From Azolla caroliniana (Eukaryota > Plantae > Polypodiophyta): DNA of 64,000 nt. Below the pieces are notes generated by a model. That model was not told the origin of the DNA and made no database searches. It saw only the letters and a program-made list of their open reading frames with translations. The stretch spans positions 19,344,001 through 19,408,000 of the forward strand of contig JBHGNT010000011.1 in the NCBI GenBank assembly GCA_043228905.1, in the 5' to 3' direction. Positions 12,888 through 23,157 of this stretch are shown one piece after another (the stretch's first letter is position 1; the number at the start of each line of letters is the position of its first letter). The position numbers and the translations under genes are program-made.

Positions 12888-13481
12888 TCAAACTGGCAAA
12901 TACCTCTTGAGAGCATGTTTCCCAGCAACAGCAGTGCCAGCAATGGTGGCTCCAACAGCACCAGCAAAGACAGCAGCACGAGGCCCCGAGGCGACCTTGA
13001 AAAGGACTCCAGTACAAAGCCCTGCGGCAACACTATTGGCGACATTATTCCTCTCATCCGAGGCGCCACGGAGATGAACGATGCCACTCTCGAGAGCTGC
13101 GTAGAAGAGACCGAGGATGCCGAGTGTGTTTCCAAGGGAGCGGCCACGGTGGCCGCCTGCATTCAAGACACGGTTCACCCGGAGCTTGAGGGTGTCATCA
13201 GGATCATCAGCACGGAGGCCGTCCAATGAACCTAGCACACTACCTATCATTGCGCCCGACAGGTATCCGGACCCTGTGTAGTAGGTGAGGTTCTCGCTCC
13301 AGTTGCGCCGATGGATGGCCGCTTCTTCGGGGAAGAGGAACTCGGGCGAAGAAGGGAGGTGGTAGAGCGTAGCAGGTGCTGCTGCTGGAGACCTGGGATC
13401 GAAAACCGCACCCTGGTATTCAGCAAATGGGTTGTACAATCTTCCTTCTTCTCTTCGTTCATCTTTTGTGCTGGAAGCCAT
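12888..13481 (-). CDS. TIM23: Mitochondrial inner membrane translocase subunit TIM23 (Tim17/22/23 family), 197 aa, intronless CDS
   Basis: Plant TIM23 motifs RLYNPF, LYHLPSSPEFLFPEEA, RRNWSENLTYYTGSGYL, KLRVNRVLNAGGHRGR, GNTLGILGLFYAALESG, NSVAAGLCTGVLFK and C-terminal KRYLPV. Confidence 0.95.
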   Translation of the reverse strand: MASSTKDERREEGRLYNPFAEYQGAVFDPRSPAAAPATLYHLPSSPEFLFPEEAAIHRRNWSENLTYYTGSGYLSGAMIGSVLGSLDGLRADDPDDTLKLRVNRVLNAGGHRGRSLGNTLGILGLFYAALESGIVHLRGASDERNNVANSVAAGLCTGVLFKVASGPRAAVFAGAVGATIAGTAVAGKHALKRYLPV

Positions 13482-13523
13482 GGAGAGAGATCTCTTCTCT
13501 AACCTCCTCCCTCACCGATGGCT

Positions 13524-13566
<43 letters not shown>

Positions 13567-13833
13567 CTCTATCACCTGTGTGTCTGTCTGTCTGTCTGAC
13601 TCAACCGACCTTCCTTGTGGCCTTAGGTTTTTTTTATAGCTTCCAAAGATTCCTCAACTCTCTCTGATCTCTCTGCTCTCAGGGGCTCAGTTTCTCAGAT
13701 CTTTCACCCTCACAATAATTAGCCTTCTCTCTGGCATTTTGCTTAGCTTAGTTAGCCCTTGCACTGATTTCTGAGCCATGTACACTCTCACTCAACACAA
13801 GTCTAAGCGAGAGCTTCACAAGGCTCTCTCCAC

Positions 13834-14271
13834 TAAGTTACTAACAATCGACGATGGTTAAACCGAACCGAACCGCTAAACCGCGGTTTCACGGCTTAAC
13901 GGTTTTAACGGTTCGGGTTTAGATTCGGGTTTTAAACGGTTCGGTTCGGTTTAAACGGTTGAACGGTTTTATTTTATTTTTTTAATTAAAAGAAAATTTT
14001 GAAATTTTGTTTTTAAATAATCTTTTCATTTTCATGCCTTGTTCTCACATTTTGGGGAAATTTTTAAATTTTAAATAATGAAATTTTAAATTTTGACTTA
14101 AGTTGAAAACCGAAACCGAAACCGAACCACGAAACCGCGGGTTTACCGGTTTAATGGCTTAACGGTTTAAACTGTTTTTAATGGTTCAATTCGGTTCGGT
14201 TCAAGTTTCAACATCTCTAAACGGTTTGGTTTGGACCCTCTCAAACCGAACCGAACCATTGCCGATTGTTA
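13834..14271. mobile_element. AACCG-rich hAT-like MITE upstream of TIM23
   Basis: TIRs taacaatcgacgatggtt (13842) and aaccattgccgattgtta (ending 14271) match at 16/18. 8-bp direct repeat CTCTCCAC at 13826-13833 and 14272-14279, with 8 extra nt before the left TIR. Dense AACCG/CGGTT subterminal repeats around an AT-rich core. Confidence 0.75.
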
Positions 14272-16614
14272 CTCTCCACCCAATCTCATGCCCCAGCTCT
14301 CATTCATTCATTCATTCTCCAGGGCCTTCTACTCCCTTGGCACTTGCGGAGCTACGTGGGAGATTTCATGCAAAAGCACATTATGTGGGCTATACATGCA
14401 TACATACCCAACAATCGCCCGCCCGCTTAGACATTGTCACCTATCGTAGAGTTTTCAGGTTGAGCGGAGAAACCTCCAAAGGAGAATGCTTAACGCTTAT
14501 TCACAACAACAACAACAACAATGTGTGGGTCGAGAAAGTTGTTGTTTTCGTTGGGGGACAAAACAAGCTTGCGAGTGGAAACAGGAACAAATGTGCTCCA
14601 CTTGGGGAGATCTGATCCATTTCAATGCTTCCTAACCTCAGACAAAGTATATTTGTACTTTTTAGTTCTCAAGCAGTAATTTAAGCATTTTGGATTCTCG
14701 TTTCTTCTAGGGCATGCATGACCCATTACTTGTTTTGGGTTTACAAGCACACTTGTTTGAGCCCTTAAATGTTATATAGCTCTTCTTGTTTGTTTGAGCC
14801 TCCAATAGTACTAGGTTTTGCACCCAATGATTCTAGGTCATGGGTTCAAATCCCTTGATTTCATTTTTTAGGTCTATAACATAAAGGTGAAATGAGTGAT
14901 TGTCAAGATACTAAGATAGTAGATTGTTACTAGCATTCATGATCGAGCTTAGCTTAGAGCCAAAGTTGTTCAAAGTATAATTGAGACACCCTCCACTACA
15001 CCTAAACCATGAGGGCCAAATGCTACTTTAGCTTGTTTAATCTACTTTTGTTTTTTAGCCAACTACTTTCTAGATATCAATAGGAAAACCAAATTCCAAA
15101 ATAATTTCTAAGGTAACGATGCATACCTGAAAAGCACACAAAAAGGGAAAAGAGGCAAAAAAACGTTGGCATTTTAAATGAACATGAAGGATAGTCCAAA
15201 TATCAAAAGTGGCAATTGCTAAGAACATTGAGAATCATTCAAGAATCAAGAATGACAAAACATTATCCTTACTCCCTCAACTGCCATGAAAAGGAAATGA
15301 GGCAAAAGAATTAGAAACACCATGACTAACATCACAATAAGTGGCTACAGAGATCAAATATATTAATTTCCTTACAGGAAACCACGAAGCCTTTGCATTA
15401 AACGTATGGGTGCCTAAAGAGATCAAATATATTATTTCCTTAAACCAAACCATGAGGCATGAGCATTAAAAGTACGCTATCATTATTCAAATTCACTATA
15501 ATATTAGAAAAGCATTAAGAAAATGGGGGAAAAAACTTTCCGTTAATGCCTATGCTACTAACATTCATGGTATCAACAAGTTTCCAAAGATGTTTATCTA
15601 GTCATTGCCATCACCTTAACATTGCATAAAGGCAACTGTGATGCAATGAGCTCTAGCCCAAGCAGAGAGACAGAAAGATAGCTTGTTGGTCTCTAGGTGT
15701 CGATGCAACATAAATATATGTCATTAATTGCAATTGCTACCCAGATTTATGCTGGTAGATTTCAGACGCGTACGTTTAATTTGACTAATGTACATATAAT
15801 TAGAATTAATCACTAGGGTTACAATTCCATCACATATCAACTCCATACACAACATTCAAAATAATTCACTGTAGTAGCACTACTTATTGAGCACAATGTT
15901 ACACATTCAAAATCTATTGAAGGATGGAAACATAATGTTCTTTCATTCCAGGAATGATCAAGCTAAGCTTTTCATCTTTTATAAAAATGGAAGACCGTTT
16001 TTTTGTTGTGATACACTACTGATTCTTCCATTTTTCATCCTCTAGTCCTTGTAGAGGATGAACAAGCATTTAATATGACTGACAATATACATACATGTTA
16101 TGTAGAAGAAAGAAAAGAAGTTCCAATGATCAGGTAAAAATCATAATCAGGAAACCAAAAAATCTAGTCAAAAGCTAGTTAATATATTGGGGACAAATCA
16201 TACCAGAACTTGTGTACATAAAAGAATTAATCCAATCAGCTTCCCCACCATGCCAATAAGATTGTTTCTAGAACCAACTCATACAAAGATGTCCGCAGAA
16301 AACAAAAAATACACGGTCAATGTCATTCATTCAAAGCAAATTTGCAAAGCTATTAATACATCCAGCAGTGTAACTTCTCTGCATGCCATCATGATCAATA
16401 TGTCATCATCTTAAATTCAAACCATCCATGTCATTTGAAGAAGCATGACCGACAGATGAACGATATGTTGGAATTGATTCTTGCTTGTGTCCTTACTTAC
16501 ATGATAGCAGTCAGTGGTGCCGCCAATAGCCAATTCATTTTCCTCGGAAATGGCTAAAGCATCAATCCACTAAACTATCCAAAAACAAAATTTGGACTGA
16601 ATGTATAAGATACA

Positions 16615-18033
16615 TCACCTTGAGCTCCCATAGTTTGAACTCGAGGGTTTATGTTTTTTCTTCATTTTCTGAATCTTAGCCATCTCCCTCTCCATCTTGT
16701 TAAAGATCTGCTTTTTAGCGATTTCGATCCTTGCAAACACGTCCGAGAACCTGGTGACTACGTCTTCTAGCTCCGGCATCTTTGATGTGTTTATTGCAAT
16801 TTTACGTTTTTTGGTTTCATTCTTCTCATGGAGTCCAGAGGATTGCATCTGTAGAGGTTTGGCCGAGTCATATGAATTTTCAACCACAGCCAAAGCAGTA
16901 TTTCTTATCAGATTACAATGCTTTACTCCTCCCTCTAGTATATCTTCCTCAGGTGTAGACTTTCCTGTCTGAAAGGCATTCCTATGAGAATGCGCCAAAG
17001 GATCATATCCAAATCCATTAGAAAGCCTAGACTCAAAGAACTGTCCTTGTCTTGAGTCATAAGATTCAAAAAGCTTTCCTTGTCTAGACTCACAAGTCTC
17101 AAAGAGCTTTCCTTGCAGAGAATCACAAGGCTCAAAGAACTTTCCTTGCATAGAATCACAATTCTCAAAGAGCTTTCCCTGCAAAGAATCACAAGTCTCA
17201 AAGAGGTTTCCTTTCCTAGAATCACAAGGTTCGAAAATCTTCCTTTGCCGAGGATCGTGAGGTTCAAAGATCTTTTCTTGCCTAGATTCAGATGGTTCAA
17301 AGAGCTTCCGTTGCCTAGGATCAACGAGTTGTCCTTGCCTAGAGTCAAAATGTTCTAAGAGCTTCTCTTGCCTAGGATCAAAGAGTTTTCCTTGCCTTAA
17401 GACAGACGCCATCATATGGTCTATTTGGTTGAAGAAAGGCCATGTAACTCTGCTCCCATTCACAGCTTTTCGCTTCTCCACCTTATATCGCCTCTTCAAG
17501 CTGTCCACTTTGTCTTTGCATTGTTTCATGGTCTTCTTGATAGACGAATCAAAGGCATTGTTGTTCACATGTGTGAGGACCTCTTCCCAATCTTTACCTC
17601 TCAAGAAGCCCTTTCCGAGAGAAAACTTTATAGAATAGCTGTCGAGAAGCGCAGATACTGCCTCTGATGACCAATCGCAAGTACCTACATTACCTTTCGG
17701 TTTCTTGTTTCCTCCTTCCTCTTCTTCTTCTTCTTCTGCTTCTTCAATCCTCCTTCTTCGTTTAAATTCTTCTCCTACTTGTTCTTCTTCTTCAATCCTT
17801 GGTCTTCTTCCGCTGAATTCTTCTCCAGCTCTTTCTCTTTCTTCTTCTTTGGGATTTTGAAACAAAGAGAGCTTACCGCCGTCTTCTTCTTCTTTCGGTT
17901 CCGGAAGCAAAGAAAGTTTATTTTCTTCTTCTTCTTCTTCTTCTTTGGGCCTTTGAAGCAAAGAAAGCTTGCCTTCTTCCTCTTCGATATGAAAGGATGC
18001 TTGAATCAAAGCCATGTAATGTAATGGTTCCAA
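16615..18033 (-). CDS. Trihelix transcription factor (SIP1/ASIL-like Myb/SANT DNA-binding domain plus C-terminal coiled coil), 472 aa
   Basis: WSSEAVSALLDSY...LRGKDWEEV...KTMKQCKDKVDSLKRRYKVEK...WPFFNQID is the trihelix Myb_DNA-bind_4-type signature. The C-terminal LEDVVTRFSDVFARIEIAKKQIFNKMERE is typical of the SIP1 clade. The ORF is uninterrupted. Confidence 0.88.
   Translation of the reverse strand: MEPLHYMALIQASFHIEEEEGKLSLLQRPKEEEEEEENKLSLLPEPKEEEDGGKLSLFQNPKEEERERAGEEFSGRRPRIEEEEQVGEEFKRRRRIEEAEEEEEEEGGNKKPKGNVGTCDWSSEAVSALLDSYSIKFSLGKGFLRGKDWEEVLTHVNNNAFDSSIKKTMKQCKDKVDSLKRRYKVEKRKAVNGSRVTWPFFNQIDHMMASVLRQGKLFDPRQEKLLEHFDSRQGQLVDPRQRKLFEPSESRQEKIFEPHDPRQRKIFEPCDSRKGNLFETCDSLQGKLFENCDSMQGKFFEPCDSLQGKLFETCESRQGKLFESYDSRQGQFFESRLSNGFGYDPLAHSHRNAFQTGKSTPEEDILEGGVKHCNLIRNTALAVVENSYDSAKPLQMQSSGLHEKNETKKRKIAINTSKMPELEDVVTRFSDVFARIEIAKKQIFNKMEREMAKIQKMKKKHKPSSSNYGSSR
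17020..17397 (-). repeat. Coding minisatellite: ~12 copies of a 33-nt (11-aa) unit RQGKLFE(P/T)CDS
   Basis: Visible directly in the translation. Two units are shortened to 8 aa. Confidence 0.9.
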
Positions 18034-18896
18034 TTTCTCTGTCTCTGTCTCTAGATCTGGAAAAGCAACGCCATTACCAGTACTATCTCGATTCTTAAGG
18101 AATACATTATAATCTTCTCAGCAACAGAAATCGCAGGTGAGCTAAACATTCGCAGATCCATTCACTCTTTATGATATAAGCATAGTTTCAGAAGGAAGAG
18201 AGTCAGTCAGATCTGGCAGCGCGTGGCGTTTCCCCTTTACGGTCTGTTAAAGCTCCGAGATGGAAACGAGTTATCTCTATCTGTTCATCTATCAATCGAC
18301 AAGGCAAAGGAAGGAGTTGTAGCTTTTACGGCAAAAGGAGAAGGAGAAGGAATTTGAAGAAGAAGAAGAAGAAGAAACAACTTTTTTTTAGTCTGTCTTC
18401 TTGCTTTCTTTCCTCGGCAGAGTTAGGGTAGGTTATCAAGAGAGCAGCAGCAGCAGCTTCTGATCTACAGCAGGTAAGACAGTATGAGGTAGAACAGGAG
18501 GAGGAAGAAGACGGAGAAGGCGATGGCGATGGCGAGCAGAAAAGGAGGCCAAAGAGGCGGGACATGGCAGTAATGATGGTGATGGTGATGGTGATGGTGA
18601 TGGGGGGTGGGACGGAGAAGAAGCAGCCACAACCACAGCCAAAGCCAAAGCCACGCTTCTTCTTCTTCTTCATGAAAAACAACGCCCCCTCCTCCTCCTC
18701 CGTCGCAGTCGCAGTCGCAGGCCACAGACAGGCACAGGCACAGACACACAGACACAGAGAGAGAGAAAGAGAGATTGTGTGTGTGTGTGTGTGTGTGTGT
18801 TGTGTGTGAGTGCGCCTCTCTGACTGACTGACTGACTGACTGACTGACTGTCGTGGTCGTCGGCGTTGGCTGAGGCTATGGGTGGGGATGGGGGCC

Positions 18897-19302
<406 letters not shown>

Positions 19303-20010
19303 TTGGGGGAGTGGGGTGGGGTGGGGTGGTTTCCCATGACATCTCTTGTTTCTATCGGCCGATATGGCTCCCATGGAAAAAAATTATTTTCGGGTTCTTT
19401 CTTTCGAGGCGAGGGGGGGGGGGGGGGCTATTAGTCTTTCATCTTCTCTATCTATTGTATATAGATATGCCCATCCATATCCCATGGAGAGGTGCCGGGG
19501 TGTCGATCATATTTTGCCTTTGGACATAGATCCCATTGGCTTCAACACTAGGTTTCGTCTCCCATGTGTCTCTCCTTGCTGTGGAAATTGCGTCATGAAT
19601 GAACCCCACATGTATGTGCACGTTTGAAATAAATACCCATGTGTTTCATTTTGTTTGTCCTCCATCGCCTTATCAGCGTTGCTAACTCCTCGTCATCTCT
19701 TGTCCTTCCAAGGATAATCATAACTTAAGTCGCTTTGGAAACCTTCGTTTCATCAATGCTCGATTCGCGGAGACAATTTCTTTGCATTCTATTTACTTAA
19801 ACTTGTGCTTCCTTGACTATTTGTTAGCCATCCCTCCTCTTACCTTCTTCTAAATCATGTCATGTCTTCATTCAATGTGTAGACAACAATTTATCATTAA
19901 GCTTTGACGACAAGCATGAGGTTCTAATGCCAATATGTTGGCAATACATTGTAGCTGCCAAAGTAGTAGTACATCATCAAATGATTGATTTTGTACTCAA
20001 CTCCACATGC

Positions 20011-20517
20011 CCAAATGACACGATTATTAGAATTCAAAGAGGAAGGATAATGGCGGTGCAACAAAGTCAAATGGAGGCTCCTTACATGTTAAAGCCAATG
20101 CAAGAGGTATGGGAGCTACTATGCACCACCACAATGTGGTTTATTTGGACTGCTAGGTGTTCTAAGGTGTTTGGTAATACTACTATTCATCCAGTGGAAA
20201 GTACACGGAATGTCTGGATGGAGATGGTACATACCTTGAAAGGACAGTATGAGGATATTAAAGGTGAGACAGATGTTGCAGTGTTGCAACGTCTCGAATT
20301 TATTGTCTATTGGAAGAAGACCCCTTTTCTCACAATACAAAATTCAAGACCTAAATGGTGCTTAGCGCCACCAGTATGGTTGTTCCCACCACCAATCACA
20401 TAACTTGGTGGAGTGGTGAGGGATGGGACCTAAGGAAGAATGCACCAGATCAATGGTAGCTTGATGGTAGGTCAATTTTTTGTAATGTTGTTCATAACTA
20501 ATGAAAGGATATTTTTC

Positions 20518-20558
<41 letters not shown>
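20011..20558 (+). mobile_element. 5'-truncated L1-clade LINE (ORF2 C-terminus, 3' UTR, 40-nt poly-A)
   Basis: TSD AACTCCACATGC (19999-20010 / 20557-20568) and A40 at 20519-20558. ORF motifs WFIWTARCSKVF and WCLAPPVWLFPPPIT*. Confidence 0.9.
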
Positions 20559-20561
<3 letters not shown>

Positions 20562-20699
20562 CACATGCTTGATAAGGAATGTATAACACAATTACATAAC
20601 ATTAGATGAATTATCAACACTTATAACAAGCCACTCAATCATACATTAATCACTAAAATGGTGTATTTGATATCATATTACAACTATGTAGCATGTCTA

Positions 20700-21560
20700 A
20701 CCAATGTTGTTTTTTGATAGTCCACCCTTGCTTGTTGAGCAAAGATTCCATGATTGTTTTCTGAAAGTCTTACCTATTGTTGACCCAATTTGATAGTTTG
20801 CCAACAAATTAACCTATAGGTTGTTAAAGTTTTTTCAAATGTATATTTAGTAAATCTATGACATTATTTCAACACATATCAATGGAATTCCAAAAATAAT
20901 AGTTCGTCAATCAGCATTAATATCTAAGTACATAGTCCTTCGATCTTTCCAAAATTCAAGCACATGATTCCATTGCATGTCATGAATTTCGAGATCATTC
21001 AATGATACATGCATAAGATCGTGTCAATGCTCTAGGCTTAATCTATTTCTTTTCATGTCCTCAATGACATTTTGCCTTGAGAAACCTCTCTCGCAATTGA
21101 ACTATATGGTATAACCAACATAGCTTCCTCAAGGTCTCATCAAATTAAGGGAACTATCATTCCAATCCTTGATTTGTAAAACATGACAAGATTGGTGCAA
21201 GGTGTAACCTTCACACTTCAAATGCAAACATATAAATAAAGGCATAGAGTCCCACATCATAAGCCTTTGCAATGCATACTTGTTGAAAGCATGCATCCAC
21301 ATCAATATCTAGCTAGTGAGAAATCGAAATTTCTGAAAATCTTTATTCATTTGAATCCCTTATGACACAATCAAGGGCATAACGGTATAGACTAAATAAT
21401 TTTGTTGCATTTAAGAGGCATAAGTCTACGAACTTTGCATTTAATCCAACTACTATCTTTTGAACATAATATAGACATATTTGAATACAAGTTTTCGATG
21501 GTCCATCTACGTGAGGCATCATCCCTTCAAGTTTGGAATCAATATGACAAGTCTTATTCA
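20700..21560. repeat. Old degenerate dispersed repeat, copy 1 (unclassified; homologous to ~30945-31800)
   Basis: Collinear shared blocks: acacatatcaatggaattccaa (20872/31149), catgtcatgaattt (20977/31258), tttgttgcatt...agaggcataa (21401/31682), ccatcYacgtgagRcat (~21503/~31784). Confidence 0.6.
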
Positions 21561-23157
21561 TGGAATTTGTTTCTCAGGTAAAGCATGTCTCTTACTAACT
21601 TCTGGCTTATTCTCTATTTTCAAAGATCTAGTTTATTAGGTTAAGCAAGGGAAGAGAGAGATAAAAGGTAGCGGTCAATGAGGAGAATATAATAGGAAAT
21701 GTCAAAGAGGTGGGAGAAGAGCATAACAACAATTATATTAATAGTGTTACAAGCATAATATATTTCAATAGTTTTCTATGAAATTACATATCTTTTTGAC
21801 GATCTTACCAAAACTTTGCTTGTTGATATTCGTAGTTTGGTTTAATATACGTATCATAGTAAAACAACCAAAAATCTATGTGATGGCCATAAAAAAAACT
21901 AATACAACATGCTTTTATAGGGACATAGCTGGTTCGGATTACAAGGGATATACTTCAATAGACACACCCCACTAATCCTACCTAACCACGTATTATAGTA
22001 AAGTTTAGTAATTCAAACCCTAATTGGCTTGTAATTCATCCCCCTATCTATTTAGAGGAAATGATTGTGTTAAACATGGGTGGATGGGTTTCAGTTTATT
22101 AAATGTTGTGGTGGAGTGATAAAGGGCTTCATCTAAGAAGGGAAGAAAGAAGGTTGATTTCTCCATTTGAGCTAGCATACATAATTGCTTCAATGATATG
22201 CACTGGGAGATTCACCGAATTAGATTCACATTATTAGTATATGAATTGTAGTGTCATGTAATAAACATTGTTGGTGTCACATGGAATATGTGTCATTGCT
22301 TCTTTTTTATGGTTTATCTTCATAGTTCAAAGTGTATGGAAGTTTAAGATGATTATGATTCTTATCCACGTGTGGCACATTTGATATCTTCACATATAGT
22401 CATGCAAATCAATGAATAGCTAGGTAATCATGAAAAGGTGAATGATGCAACATAAACTTTTGAGGATTTTATAAATGAAACCACTATAAAAATGGTGACT
22501 AGAATTTCATTGCATATTGAGGCATGGTTTGAAAGCTCAATGAGCTAAAAAATGGTCATTTGCTAAGTACTTGCTTGTAAAGTGTGCAAGAATGTCATAA
22601 TCAATGGTTGTAATAATTGTGCAAAGAGTCGATGTTGACTATATTGGGTATGAATTTCAATGGTATGTCGTATCCTCATTGTCTTTGGGGTTGTGTTCAT
22701 TATTAGGCTAGTTGTAGGTTGGAGTTTGGTTAGTTGACAACTTACGAGTAGTCGCACGATATTCTAGGATACTTGTCCATTGCTTTGTGACATGTTTGTC
22801 CATACATAATATGGATGGCAATAACATGGACACAAAGCCAAAGGTAGTGGTCAAGGGCTATCGAGAATGAAAAGGGGGGTTTAGTAGAGGATATGATTAG
22901 ATGGATATTTAATCTCTCATCTATATATAGTTGCTTAATAAGTTCACGTTTGATTCTTTTTTTTTTCCAAAAAAACACTACTTCGCATTAGTTAGCAAAC
23001 AAAATTACATCATAGAACACCCAAAGTTCCTCTCACCAGCCCTCACTCTGGCCTTCCCATCAAAGTGGACATAGTCCCCACCTGATTTTCAACAAACGTA
23101 TCCAAACAACTCCAATAACCTAATAATTTGTACCATATCTATACAGATTTACAGCAC

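Noticed and set aside
14181-14615. 144-aa plus-strand ORF
   Set aside because: Starts inside the MITE and has no recognisable domain.
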